A DNA stretch of 63,365 bases from contig CAYTOI010000005.1 of assembly GCA_964439805.1 (NCBI GenBank), forward strand, positions 1 to 63,365, written 5' to 3'. The notes under the pieces are model-generated. The model was given only the letters and a program-made list of their open reading frames with translations, ran no database searches and was not told the DNA's origin. The DNA comes from an uncultured Pseudomonadales bacterium (GTDB lineage: Bacteria; Patescibacteriota; Microgenomatia; UBA1400; MFAQ01). Below are positions 9,990 through 19,399 of this stretch, piece after piece. The position numbers were made by a program, and so were the translations under genes. Each line of letters opens with the position of its first letter. Positions within the stretch are counted from its first letter, which is position 1.

Positions 9990-11129
9990 TTATTGAAAGA
10001 GTTTAAACTCTTTTTTTGCAATAGTATTCCAGCTATATTTATTAATTAGTTTGAGTCCTGAGTAATTTACAAAATTTTCGCCATTTAATATTTCAACCAC
10101 TTTTTTTGCAACAGAATTATAATCCCCTTGATTAAATAAATTTAGTTCTTTGTTTTTGTACATATTGTATGCGTCTAGTTTATAAACTAACGTAATTTTG
10201 CCTGAGCAAATTGCCTCCATGGGGGCTACTGGAACGCTTTCTGTCTGACTTAAAAATAAAAAAACCTTGCAAGATTTTATTATGTCATATTTCACCTGAC
10301 CTGTTTTAAAACCCAGCAATATAATATTTTTTTGTAAATTTAGCATCTTGATCTTCTTCGTGAAATTATCTTCTGTATTATCATCACCTCGCCCCATAAG
10401 AGCCAGTTTAAATTTTGGCAATTTCTTTTTTACTATGCTAGCAACCTTTAACAAATCATATATTCCTTTTGCTTCATTAATTCTGCCTATAAATAGGGCG
10501 TCATAGCTATGCTTTTTACTTTTTTTTGCTTTTAAAATTAGGTCCTTTTCTATACCGTTACCTGTAATGATAATTTTATGAGCGGCAAATCCTTTGCTTA
10601 TCAAATAATCCTTTAATTCTGGTTTTACGACAAAAATTGTGTCGGCCGATCTTAACAAAAGAAGACTAATCTTAAAAAAAATCCAAGCCAAAATTCTTAC
10701 CATTAGATTTCCCGAAATTATCTTGCCATTAGCAAATAAAGGCACTGTGTTATCAAATACTGTCAGCCACTTACTTGCTTTTTTGATTTTCTTTAATATA
10801 TAAGGAAGAAGAATTAAATCTAATACAGACGAAACAGAATACACGATACTCACTCTGGGTATTATTTTTATATTTTGCAAAGCTTTTATATTTCTGGAAA
10901 GAGCACTAGTTAAAAAGAAAAGGCCTCCCCTTAAAGGTTTTGTATTTGTCAAACATATTGAATTTAGGTTAGCTATACTGTTTTGCAGTCTTAAAACAAG
11001 ATCCTTACTTCCATACACTATAATTTTGGTTTTTTTTGATTGCCAGTAGATGATTTTATTGATAAGAGGCGTGAGGTTGGCATCGTCTAGAGTGATCCCA
11101 TTGATTAAGACCTTTATTTTTTTTGACAT
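9990..11129 (-). CDS. GT4-type (GT-B fold, group 1) glycosyltransferase
   Basis: 379 aa. 'ALFIGRINEAKGIYDLL' and an E-x7-E-like region 'SQTESVPVAPMEAICSGKITLVY'. Confidence 0.75.
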   Translation of the reverse strand: MSKKIKVLINGITLDDANLTPLINKIIYWQSKKTKIIVYGSKDLVLRLQNSIANLNSICLTNTKPLRGGLFFLTSALSRNIKALQNIKIIPRVSIVYSVSSVLDLILLPYILKKIKKASKWLTVFDNTVPLFANGKIISGNLMVRILAWIFFKISLLLLRSADTIFVVKPELKDYLISKGFAAHKIIITGNGIEKDLILKAKKSKKHSYDALFIGRINEAKGIYDLLKVASIVKKKLPKFKLALMGRGDDNTEDNFTKKIKMLNLQKNIILLGFKTGQVKYDIIKSCKVFLFLSQTESVPVAPMEAICSGKITLVYKLDAYNMYKNKELNLFNQGDYNSVAKKVVEILNGENFVNYSGLKLINKYSWNTIAKKEFKLFQ

Positions 11130-11737
11130 AAGTATATCAAGTTGTATCCAAGTAGAGTTCCAAGGAAGGGAAATATTTTTATTAAGAATCCAAAATGATT
11201 TGAACTATATCTTTCGGACAATATTTTTAAGCCGGAATTTTGCAATAATTTTTTGGCTGTTTCTGAAGTATACAAATGTAAGTGTGTTTTATCCAAAATA
11301 CCAGACTTTGTGTATACAAAACTACCAAAAAGTAAATTAATTCTAATGACGAAGTTGGCAACATTAGGCAGGCTTACAATGATTCTGCCATTTTTCTTTA
11401 GGTTATTATCTACAAAGTAAGTCAAAACTTTTTTAGGAAAAAGAAGATGCTCCAGAATGTCACCAAAAACGATTATGTTATATCTATGATTTAATTTTAT
11501 TTTTTTAAAATTGTTAAGATCTCCAACCCTTACATCTATAAACCCATTTTTTAAAGCTAGTTTGGCTGAGTGGGGCGAGTATTCAATGCCGCTAAATACA
11601 CCATCTGGAAATACTTTTTTTAAATATCCGTCATTACATCCAATGTCTAAAATAGTTTCTCTTGGCTTAAGAAAAGAGGCTATTATACGATGGGTTCCAT
11701 GAACTGAAAGATTGAGCTGATAACTATTTGTCTTCAT
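11114..11737 (-). CDS. Class I SAM-dependent methyltransferase
   Basis: 207 aa. 'ILDIGCNDGYL' (motif I) and 'KKNGRIIVSLPN'. Its 3' end overlaps the next gene's start by 16 nt. Confidence 0.75.
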   Translation of the reverse strand: MKTNSYQLNLSVHGTHRIIASFLKPRETILDIGCNDGYLKKVFPDGVFSGIEYSPHSAKLALKNGFIDVRVGDLNNFKKIKLNHRYNIIVFGDILEHLLFPKKVLTYFVDNNLKKNGRIIVSLPNVANFVIRINLLFGSFVYTKSGILDKTHLHLYTSETAKKLLQNSGLKILSERYSSNHFGFLIKIFPFLGTLLGYNLIYLCQKK

Positions 11738-12711
11738 ATTTTTATTTTGGGGATTCCAATTAACTTTAGTACTTCAAACTTAGTGATTTTTTTGGCCAAC
11801 AATGGCCAAATACTTGGTTTTATTTTTTTTACTTGTATCATTTTCCTTTCGACTATTGTTTCAGATATGTGGCTAAAATTCCAGCCAATGGCCATATATA
11901 AATTTCTTGCAGCTGTAAATTGACCAGTACAAATGTATAGGAATGACTCACCAACTATTAAGAAAAACATTAAGGGAATGGCTATGGCTAAATGGGCAAC
12001 AGTAGCGTTCTTCAGCATCATCCTAATAGTATTTTTCTCTGTCTCATATCTTCTAAAAAGAGGCACTATATGCTTTTCGTCACCTGCATTGGTTGGGAGT
12101 GATGATCCACCTCCAAAATGATTAATTGAGGCTGTGTTAATCATTTTAATTTTATATCCGTAAAGCCAAGCTCGCCAGCACAAATCTAAGTCTTCACTAT
12201 ACATAAAAAAGCTTGAATCAAATCCCCCTAGTGTCTCAAAAACCTTTTTTTTAATTATTAATCCGCAACCCTCAATCATAGTAGTTTTTTTACCCCAAGA
12301 CAGAGACCCCACAATATCCAAGGTTAACTTTCTACCTTGATAAAAATCAACGTTTGAGAAATTCAGTAACTTTGGACTGGCAAGGTCTAGATTGTTTAAG
12401 CGTACTTGCCTTTCAACCTCTCTAAGACAGTTAGGTTGAAGCAAAGTGTCGTTATTTAGAAAAAAAAGAAGTTCATTAGTTGCTTTTTTGGCTCCCAAAT
12501 TATTTCCTCGTCCGAATCCAAGATTTGTCTTACTTTTAATGACTTTCGCTTCTGGGTACTCTCTAGCAACTATTTTCACTGAATCATCAGTGCTGTTGTT
12601 GTCTACTAAAATAACTTCTAAATTTTTTATTTTTTGATTTCTAATTGACCTAAGACAATCCCCTAGCCATTTTTGTCCGTTAAAATTTACAATAACAATA
12701 CTGATTGCCAT
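11734..12711 (-). CDS. GT2 glycosyltransferase (WbbL/rhamnosyltransferase-like subgroup)
   Basis: 325 aa. Motifs: 'ISIVIVNFNGQKWLGDCLRSI', 'ILVDNNSTDDS', 'FLNNDT', 'MYSEDLDLCWRAWLYGYK'. It heads a minus-strand block. Confidence 0.85.
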   Translation of the reverse strand: MAISIVIVNFNGQKWLGDCLRSIRNQKIKNLEVILVDNNSTDDSVKIVAREYPEAKVIKSKTNLGFGRGNNLGAKKATNELLFFLNNDTLLQPNCLREVERQVRLNNLDLASPKLLNFSNVDFYQGRKLTLDIVGSLSWGKKTTMIEGCGLIIKKKVFETLGGFDSSFFMYSEDLDLCWRAWLYGYKIKMINTASINHFGGGSSLPTNAGDEKHIVPLFRRYETEKNTIRMMLKNATVAHLAIAIPLMFFLIVGESFLYICTGQFTAARNLYMAIGWNFSHISETIVERKMIQVKKIKPSIWPLLAKKITKFEVLKLIGIPKIKI

Positions 12712-12751
12712 ATACTTTTCTGTTTTATGACTAAATATATCACGCTTGGGG

Positions 12752-12757
12752 TAGAAT
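12752..12757 (+). promoter_or_regulatory. -10-like hexamer TAGAAT abutting the start of the plus-strand block
   Basis: TAGAAT lies 1 nt before the GTG at 12759 and 10 nt before the ATG at 12768. I saw no SD-like purine run and no convincing -35. Confidence 0.3.
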
Positions 12758-12758
12758 A

Positions 12759-13940
12759 GTGGAAGCTATGAACAAGTTTGACACTGTATTTGTTGTAACC
12801 CATATTGCTTACCGAAAAGATCTGCCGATTATGCCCATAGAGGGTCCGTACAGTTCAATAATTAAATCCTTAGGAAAAATTGTAAAAAATGTTGTTCTGT
12901 TTGGTATACCGCTAAATGGTTTTGAAAATGAAGTTATATGGGGAGAGCTAGGAAAGACAAAGAACATTTACCTGCCAAAAATTCTAGGAAAAATTAACCC
13001 CATAAAGTTTCTAGTTGACATCATTTTAATAGTCTTTGCACTTCTGGCGTGGATATTTAAAACAAGGAGTCAAAAAAGACTGGTTATAGGCATAGACCCT
13101 CTTTCCTGTCTTCCACTTTTGCTTTTTAAAAATATTTTTGGATATACTCTGGTTTTTCATTGCGTTGACTTTAACAAAAATAGATTTAGCAACAAAATAC
13201 TCCAACAGTTATATGAATTAGCAGACGAATTCGCTTCGAAATATTCTGATCAAACGTGGGTTATCTGTGATGCGCTTAAAAAATATAAAAAAAATAAATA
13301 TGGACTTATAGCGCAATACCTACCCAATTCGGTGGTTTTTGACCCAAATATTTTTAAGAATGGCAAAGATTACAGAACAGGTAACAAGATGGTTTGGACT
13401 GGTAGTCTGATGACCGCTAGACAGTTTGATATCTTATTTGGAGTATTCTCATTAATTCAACATGAAATAAGGGGTATAAATTTTGTTATTGCCCCCACGC
13501 GTGAACACGGCAAATTTGACGAATATGTTAAAAAATATAAAATTAAAAACGCAAAAGTAATTCGATTAAATGGGCGATATGAATTTCAAAAAATTGCCGC
13601 GAAGTGCGATGTAGGAATTGCGCTTTACGATGAACAATTTGGATCTACAGAATTTATTGAACCAATGAAGATATGGGATTTTTTACTTTGTGGATTGCCA
13701 TTTATTGTGTCTTGCGAGCCGTCTGTTTCTAGACCAGTTATTAAGAGTGGAGTTGCCTACTTTATGGATCCTAAAAACACTGTCTTCGATATTGAAAAAC
13801 TAAGATCATTTTTGGACAAAAAGAACTTGGCCAGGAAAAACCAAAAATGTTTAGACTTGGCAAAACGGTTTGATATTGATAGGCAGATAAAAATAAGACT
13901 ACAAATGTTATTATCAGATATTAATAAGGCAACAAAATGA
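12759..13940 (+). CDS. Probable GT-B fold (GT4-like) glycosyltransferase
   Basis: 393 aa. Two Rossmann-like halves, 'KMVWTGSLMTARQFDIL' and the C-terminal region 'STEFIEPMKIWDFLLCGLPFIVS', which resembles the E-x7-E region of GT4 enzymes. The alternative ATG start at 12768 is possibly the true one. Confidence 0.5.
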   Translation: MEAMNKFDTVFVVTHIAYRKDLPIMPIEGPYSSIIKSLGKIVKNVVLFGIPLNGFENEVIWGELGKTKNIYLPKILGKINPIKFLVDIILIVFALLAWIFKTRSQKRLVIGIDPLSCLPLLLFKNIFGYTLVFHCVDFNKNRFSNKILQQLYELADEFASKYSDQTWVICDALKKYKKNKYGLIAQYLPNSVVFDPNIFKNGKDYRTGNKMVWTGSLMTARQFDILFGVFSLIQHEIRGINFVIAPTREHGKFDEYVKKYKIKNAKVIRLNGRYEFQKIAAKCDVGIALYDEQFGSTEFIEPMKIWDFLLCGLPFIVSCEPSVSRPVIKSGVAYFMDPKNTVFDIEKLRSFLDKKNLARKNQKCLDLAKRFDIDRQIKIRLQMLLSDINKATK

Positions 13941-14686
13941 AAACAAAATTTTCCAAAAAACAGGCTATTTATTGGGATAGTTACACAAAAAATATTGAAA
14001 GATTGGATTTAACCGATTTACCTTTGGCAGAAAAATTGGAGTTTTCTTTTTTTGAGAATTTATTGGGAAATTTTAAGGGCAAAAATATACTTGATTTAGG
14101 TTGTGGAACGGGAAAGCTTGGTCTAAAACTGGCTAAAAATGCAAAATCTGTTGTTGGGATTGATATCTCTAAACACTCTATTGAGATAGCTAACAAGACA
14201 GCAAGAGAATATAAAATAAAAAACTTTAAAGGTGTTGTAGGAGATTTCAAGAAGAAGGGCTACAAAGAATGTTTCGATTTTGTCTTAGCGGTTAATTTAA
14301 TTCACCATACCGATAATTTGGATGAGATTTTGAAGCACGTCAGAGCATCACTAAAAAAAGATGGAAAGTTAGTAATTTTTGAAATGAATCCACTAAATTT
14401 ACTTTTTATACCCTTTTTAACATTAATTGGCCAAATTAAAAGTCATTTAACTTACGAATATCTACGTAGTAATATTTTTTCGCTAAAGATGATTTTGAAT
14501 AGAAATGGTTACCGTTTGGATAGGCAAAAAAGATGGGGATGGCTTCCGACGGCTCTATATAACAAGTCGCTTTTCTTTAAAAGCTTAAATGAGATCCTAA
14601 ACAAAGTACCACTAGTAAACCAATTTACCGCATTTAACGTTTTGATCTATTCTAAGATTAATTTAAAGAAGACACGTCGCTTATAG
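13937..14686 (+). CDS. Class I SAM-dependent methyltransferase
   Basis: 249 aa. 'ILDLGCGTGKLGLKLA' and 'LKKDGKLVIFEMN'. ATGA overlap with the upstream gene. Its 3' end overlaps the convergent gene by 29 nt. Confidence 0.8.
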   Translation: MKTKFSKKQAIYWDSYTKNIERLDLTDLPLAEKLEFSFFENLLGNFKGKNILDLGCGTGKLGLKLAKNAKSVVGIDISKHSIEIANKTAREYKIKNFKGVVGDFKKKGYKECFDFVLAVNLIHHTDNLDEILKHVRASLKKDGKLVIFEMNPLNLLFIPFLTLIGQIKSHLTYEYLRSNIFSLKMILNRNGYRLDRQKRWGWLPTALYNKSLFFKSLNEILNKVPLVNQFTAFNVLIYSKINLKKTRRL

Positions 14687-16838
14687 TAACAGGCGAAACA
14701 TACAAAGTATCAAATTTACTTGTATTTGAAATATTTAAAGTTGAGTTTTTGGGCTGGTAATATAAGTCTCCAGCACATCTACTGCTATTGACACCAGGAT
14801 CAACACTAAACAGGAGATATTCGTCTTCAAATTCAAGTCTAAGTGGTTTTTTTTGGTCATAGTTACATCCAATAATTAACCACACTCCTTGATTTAAACT
14901 TAGTTGATTATTTCTATCGAGGAAGATTTTTTTAAAATTGATGCTTGCTGATATATTTTTTAATTTAAGAGCATCGTACAGGTTCTTACCTTTATAAATA
15001 GTGTATCTGGAGGTAATATGCTCGCCTTTGGTGTTTGATTGTTCAAAAATTTTATACCAAACATCAAAACCATTTTTGGTACCGTGACCTTTTGAAACTA
15101 TAAAGTTTAGTTGTTGATGGCTGGCAAAAAACTCATCAATTTTTTGCAGCTTTTCTTGCTGAAGGTGGAATATTTCAGTTGGACTGGTACCGTATTTTTG
15201 ATAGATAAAGAGATTGTTAACGCTTTTTGCATAGAGTTCTTGCTCTACTAATCCCATTCCTGAAATGTAGCCACTTGAGTCGAAAAGGCGAGGAGAAAAT
15301 AATGGTTGAAAACCATATGAAGGAATTAGAAAGACCCAATCTTCGTTGCTGATTGCTGCAAGATTGGTTACCGGTTTCCTTCTGAGATTTGTTAACATTT
15401 CAGAGCTTTGCCAGTCTATTACTCCCCTATCAATTAACCTAAAGTGGACCTCGTAAAAAAAACCAGCCATAGAAGGAATAAGACTTAGTAGCAGTAAAAC
15501 AAAAACTGACCTTTTCCAAATGGATACTGTGAAATTGCTAAGGGAATAGGCCATCAAAAATGGTAAGGCCATTTGTGAAGGCAGAATTGACCTCATTGAG
15601 TAATCGTTGAAACCTGCGGACTTAACAAACAAGCCAATTATTATGGGTAGCAATATCGCCAATGCTATGTAAATTGCTTTTTTATGATTGGATTTTGGTT
15701 GAACAGCTATAAAAATTGGGATTGCTGCGATAATCAATCCGTACTCAGTAAAAAAAGTTAAGCAAATATTTATCCATTTTGGAGCAAAAGGTAAATATAA
15801 AAACGGTGTCATGTAAAAGCCAAAGGATAACAGCGAACCTCTTCCGGATAGCTCAATGAGATATGGATACAATAGACAAACCACAAAAATTCCGCTTATT
15901 AGTAAAGAAAGACGATTTTTTTTAAAGAAAATAAAGGCTAAACCCAACCAAATAACTAGTGCTATAGATACAAATGTACTAGAGATAAAACAAAACCAAA
16001 CAGCAAAAGTTAACCAAAAAAAGGAAACCTTTTTGTCTTTAATAATAATCAGACCTGTAACAAGTGCGACAATTCCTGGTAGAGTATGCTGAGGAACCCA
16101 GAGCAGTGCTGTGTAAAGATTATTCACAAGGAAGTTGGATAAGTTTAGTACCTGAGACCAAAACTCAATATGGTTGGCTGTCAAAGCACCTGTTTTGGCC
16201 TGGATTAAGGTAGGGACAATATCTAGACCCGTACCAAATACAAAAAGTACAAAGCTAAGCAATCTCTGATACCAAGTAGTAAATAAACCCATGGCAATTT
16301 GAATTACTACATAAAGAACAATAAAGGTAGTTGTAAGTATATAAAAGAAAAAAACTCTGGCGAGATTTAAATTAAAGGCGTTTGAAATTGCAGCTGGGAT
16401 CAAATAATAGCCGTAGTAGTAAGAAAGATTTGCTGAGGGGAAAAAAGGGTGATGGGCTGGCAAGCCACCGGTTTTTATTGCAGACAAAACATAAAGGTGT
16501 TTGTAATAGTCTCCAAGCGCTGTCAATCCAAATACAGTATGTCCGTCGACCGCAACTTGTTTAATAAGTGGTGACAACACAAACCCGAAGACAAAGATTA
16601 TAAAAATTGCAGGGACAACTAGGCAAATACTTTTCCAGTCAAATAAAATAGCAAATATTTTTTTGTAGCTTAGTCTTTCACAGTAAATAACTATTGATGT
16701 AGAAAAAAGTCCCAAAAGCATTGAAATTTCGTATGCTAGCCTTATTGGAGTAATTAAGTAGAGACACGCGTAAATAACGAATGTAAAAATTAAAAATGGA
16801 AATAGTACTAGACGAATTAATTTTAAATTATCAGCCAT
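14658..16838 (-). CDS. Large polytopic membrane protein with a C-terminal extracytoplasmic domain (polymerase or GT-C candidate, unassigned)
   Basis: 726 aa. About 450 aa of densely packed hydrophobic segments are followed by roughly 260 aa of soluble sequence. I recognised no family motif. Confidence 0.4.
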   Translation of the reverse strand: MADNLKLIRLVLFPFLIFTFVIYACLYLITPIRLAYEISMLLGLFSTSIVIYCERLSYKKIFAILFDWKSICLVVPAIFIIFVFGFVLSPLIKQVAVDGHTVFGLTALGDYYKHLYVLSAIKTGGLPAHHPFFPSANLSYYYGYYLIPAAISNAFNLNLARVFFFYILTTTFIVLYVVIQIAMGLFTTWYQRLLSFVLFVFGTGLDIVPTLIQAKTGALTANHIEFWSQVLNLSNFLVNNLYTALLWVPQHTLPGIVALVTGLIIIKDKKVSFFWLTFAVWFCFISSTFVSIALVIWLGLAFIFFKKNRLSLLISGIFVVCLLYPYLIELSGRGSLLSFGFYMTPFLYLPFAPKWINICLTFFTEYGLIIAAIPIFIAVQPKSNHKKAIYIALAILLPIIIGLFVKSAGFNDYSMRSILPSQMALPFLMAYSLSNFTVSIWKRSVFVLLLLSLIPSMAGFFYEVHFRLIDRGVIDWQSSEMLTNLRRKPVTNLAAISNEDWVFLIPSYGFQPLFSPRLFDSSGYISGMGLVEQELYAKSVNNLFIYQKYGTSPTEIFHLQQEKLQKIDEFFASHQQLNFIVSKGHGTKNGFDVWYKIFEQSNTKGEHITSRYTIYKGKNLYDALKLKNISASINFKKIFLDRNNQLSLNQGVWLIIGCNYDQKKPLRLEFEDEYLLFSVDPGVNSSRCAGDLYYQPKNSTLNISNTSKFDTLYVSPVTISDVSSLN

Positions 16839-17768
16839 TTACTTATCTTTGTAATTTTTTTTGTACCAGTTAATTGTTTTTTGCAGACCGGACTCTAGCT
16901 CTACCAATGGAAAATTAACAAGACTGTCTTGGACAGAAGTATCCAATACACGATTTTGGACGCCAATTGCTTTGGATAGGCTTAAAACTATTTTTGATTG
17001 ACTACTGAGCATGCGATTGATTTGCTTTACCAAATCGAGAATAGAAGCTGAGTTGTGAGTGGCCAAGTTTAAAGGACCTGTGTATTTTTTTTCAACAGAC
17101 GTTAAGATGATCCTTACTACATCTTCAACATATATAAATTGCCTGGTTTGGGATCCATCACCCCATATTTCAATATCTTCGTTGTTTATTAATTTTTTTA
17201 TGAAACTAGGAATGGCACGGCTAGAAGTCTCGTCAAAATGATCTTGAGGACCATAGATGTTGGTGGGTCTTGGTAAGTAAATTCTTAAATTAAATTCCTT
17301 TGCAAAGAGGTTAGCCAAAATTTCTCCAAATCTTTTTGATAAAACATAGCCATTTGTGCTATGGCTGCTGTACTTTTGATAATCGTCGTCTTCTTTGGTT
17401 GGACTGGGAGCTAAGGCAGAATAGATTTCAGCTGTACTTACCAACACAACATCTTTGACGTCATTCTTTTTTGCAGCGTTTAGAATATTGGAGATTATTC
17501 TAATGTTTGCATCCATAATTTTGGCTGCATTACGAATTTTGTATTCTGTGTTACCGTCTAAAGCTGCACAATTTATAACAATATTTGCCTTTTTTAAAGC
17601 CCTAATCGCCTGTATTGGCTTAAGCAAATTGTATTTGTTTTTAGTAACAGATCTGACCAATGCCCCTCTTTTTTTTAACTCTGAAACAAAATGTTTACCC
17701 AAAAACCCATTTGCACCAGTTACTGCTACTATTTTTCCAGTCCAAAATGTTTTATTTTTTAATTTCAT
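16839..17768 (-). CDS. NAD(P)-dependent sugar epimerase/dehydratase/reductase (extended SDR)
   Basis: 309 aa. Glycine-rich 'VAVTGANGFLGKH' and catalytic 'YVLSKRFGE' (YxxxK). Abuts neighbours on both sides. Confidence 0.85.
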   Translation of the reverse strand: MKLKNKTFWTGKIVAVTGANGFLGKHFVSELKKRGALVRSVTKNKYNLLKPIQAIRALKKANIVINCAALDGNTEYKIRNAAKIMDANIRIISNILNAAKKNDVKDVVLVSTAEIYSALAPSPTKEDDDYQKYSSHSTNGYVLSKRFGEILANLFAKEFNLRIYLPRPTNIYGPQDHFDETSSRAIPSFIKKLINNEDIEIWGDGSQTRQFIYVEDVVRIILTSVEKKYTGPLNLATHNSASILDLVKQINRMLSSQSKIVLSLSKAIGVQNRVLDTSVQDSLVNFPLVELESGLQKTINWYKKNYKDK

Positions 17769-18784
17769 TATTGTTTCCAGTGTCGTCTACTAGATTCAGA
17801 TGGGGCAATTTTACCTCTAACCCAGCCATAAATATATATAAATAAAGTAGAGTAGCAAATAATAGGATGAAAAAGCCAGGCAGAATCGGGTTTTCTAATG
17901 TAGCCTATGATGGTTTGGTAAATTATCGGAATTATTAAAACACAAGAAAAAACAAATTTAATTATTTGAGGAAGGAAAGAACCCTCCCAATCAACGTCCC
18001 TATTTTTATTGGCTTTATGGAAAGACATGTCGTTTATTCGTCGAAGCTGTTTTTTGAAAAATTTGTTTAAATCATTTTCTACAAAAGTGTGGACAATACT
18101 AGTCTTTACTTTTGCTATTTTTACTGACCCTTGGGATCTAATTAGCTTTAAGACGATGTCAATATCAAAGAGATAATCTGAGTTTTTTATTGCTTCTTTT
18201 AAATATTTTGAGCGAAAAATGGTTCCATTTGCGCCAATTGTGGGAACTGGTTCTTGGTTTAAATTGATTTTTAAATACCTTTCTTTATCTTCTGTAGGGA
18301 AGTTTAGGTCGGTCCAGCGATTTGTAATATATGAGTATCTGTCGTAGTTGCCGATAAAAAGACAGAGTGGGTCGTTCATCCCTAGCAGAGCGAAATATCT
18401 AGATAGTGCAGGATCTGATTTTCTGTATGTGTACCTTATTGGTTCCGAGAGAATCATCCCTTTGTCTATAAAAGGTTCTACCATGTCAGAGAGCCAATGT
18501 TTATTGGGAAGAATATTGTCTGAGTCCACAAGAGCAATGAGCTCTCCCGCAGCGACTTTTACTCCACAAGCTTTCCCCGACTCGCCTGTTTTTAATTTGT
18601 TAATTACTACTTTTGTTTTGTATTTTTTGCTTATGGAAATGGTTTTGTCAATTGAGCCACCATCGGCAATAATAATCTCAATTTTTGACTTTGGGTATTT
18701 TTGAATTGAGATTGATTTGAGACATTTTTCCAGGACAGACTCCGAGTTTAAAGTTGGGATAACTATAGAGATACTGGGCACCAT
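17768..18784 (-). CDS. GT2 glycosyltransferase with two C-terminal TM helices (GtrB/ArnC/DPM1-like architecture; candidate polyprenyl-phosphate sugar synthase)
   Basis: 338 aa. 'SISIVIPTLNSESVLEKCL', 'IIIADGGSIDKT', 'LVDSDN'. The C-terminal hydrophobic pair is 'IIKFVFSCVLIIPIIYQTIIGYI' / 'LFHPIICYSTLFIYIYGWV'. Confidence 0.75.
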   Translation of the reverse strand: MVPSISIVIPTLNSESVLEKCLKSISIQKYPKSKIEIIIADGGSIDKTISISKKYKTKVVINKLKTGESGKACGVKVAAGELIALVDSDNILPNKHWLSDMVEPFIDKGMILSEPIRYTYRKSDPALSRYFALLGMNDPLCLFIGNYDRYSYITNRWTDLNFPTEDKERYLKINLNQEPVPTIGANGTIFRSKYLKEAIKNSDYLFDIDIVLKLIRSQGSVKIAKVKTSIVHTFVENDLNKFFKKQLRRINDMSFHKANKNRDVDWEGSFLPQIIKFVFSCVLIIPIIYQTIIGYIRKPDSAWLFHPIICYSTLFIYIYGWVRGKIAPSESSRRHWKQ

Positions 18785-18790
18785 GGCTAT

Positions 18791-18799
18791 AGTTTACCA
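18791..18799 (-). promoter_or_regulatory. Extended -10-like box TGGTAAACT, 6 nt upstream of the ATG at 18784
   Basis: The minus strand reads CTGGTAAACTATAGCC-ATG. The TGn+hexamer sits immediately downstream of the terminator at 18803..18831. No SD is present. Confidence 0.35.
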
Positions 18800-18802
18800 G
18801 GT

Positions 18803-18831
18803 AATAAAAAAGAGCCCGCTATTGCGGGCTC
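18803..18831 (-). terminator. Rho-independent terminator downstream of the 154-aa gene
   Basis: The minus strand reads GAGCCCGC-AATA-GCGGGCTC followed by TTTTTTATTAC. This is a perfect 8-bp GC-rich stem (18812..18819 / 18824..18831), a 4-nt loop and a T6 tract (18806..18811). Confidence 0.8.
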
Positions 18832-18886
18832 CTGGTTTGAGTTTTTATAAAGGAGAGTTAATTTGGCTTGTATTCGTAAAAGTCTT

Positions 18887-19351
18887 TCATAGACATTGGG
18901 CGTCTTCTTGAACTGCTACTTGGGCAGCTTTTTTGTTCAGGAAATAGCGAGAGATCTCTTCAGGGGCTAGTTGGATCAGGAGGTCTAAGGTATTAAAGAG
19001 ACAGAACGCCTCTTTGTTGCCTTCTGTCCAAAAAATCTTTACATATTTAAGCCCTTCATTTTCAAGCTTTTCACCTTCAGGCTCTTTGTCTTCGTGAGTA
19101 ATGATGATGGGTTTAATTCTGGCTGGAATTTCTACTTTTTTGACCCGGACAATGTAGTTAAGAATTTCAATTGTTTCCAATGGTGAAAGACAAAGAATTC
19201 CTCTGCCGCCATTGGTGTGGTGGCGGTTGGAGCCGTCGGGAAATGGGATTTGAGAAAAAAGAGAGATCTTGGGACCCATCTCGGTATACTCAATTTTTAC
19301 ATGGCCTAAATAATCTGTAGTCGGGATGTTCAAATAAGCTAAATTGTTCAA
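18887..19351 (-). CDS. Hypothetical soluble acidic protein (orphan, monocistronic)
   Basis: 154 aa with no TM segments. The TTG start is preceded by GGAGG (19357..19361) at a 5-nt spacing, the clearest SD I saw in the window. It has its own terminator downstream. Confidence 0.6.
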   Translation of the reverse strand: MNNLAYLNIPTTDYLGHVKIEYTEMGPKISLFSQIPFPDGSNRHHTNGGRGILCLSPLETIEILNYIVRVKKVEIPARIKPIIITHEDKEPEGEKLENEGLKYVKIFWTEGNKEAFCLFNTLDLLIQLAPEEISRYFLNKKAAQVAVQEDAQCL

Positions 19352-19390
19352 AATTGCCTCCGTTAAATTTTTAATCGTGCTATGGGGTAT

Positions 19391-19399
19391 ATTTTAGCA
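19391..19399 (-). promoter_or_regulatory. Extended -10-like box TGCTAAAAT upstream of the 154-aa gene
   Basis: The minus strand reads GTGCTAAAAT, about 39 nt upstream of the TTG start. No clear -35. Confidence 0.35.

Noticed and set aside
12712-12758. Canonical -35/-10 promoter pairs in the divergent intergenic regions (12712..12758, 40090..40145, 46509..46556).
   Set aside because: Good -10-like hexamers exist, but I could not find TTGACA-like boxes at 16-18 nt spacing. Only the -10 elements are reported, at low confidence.
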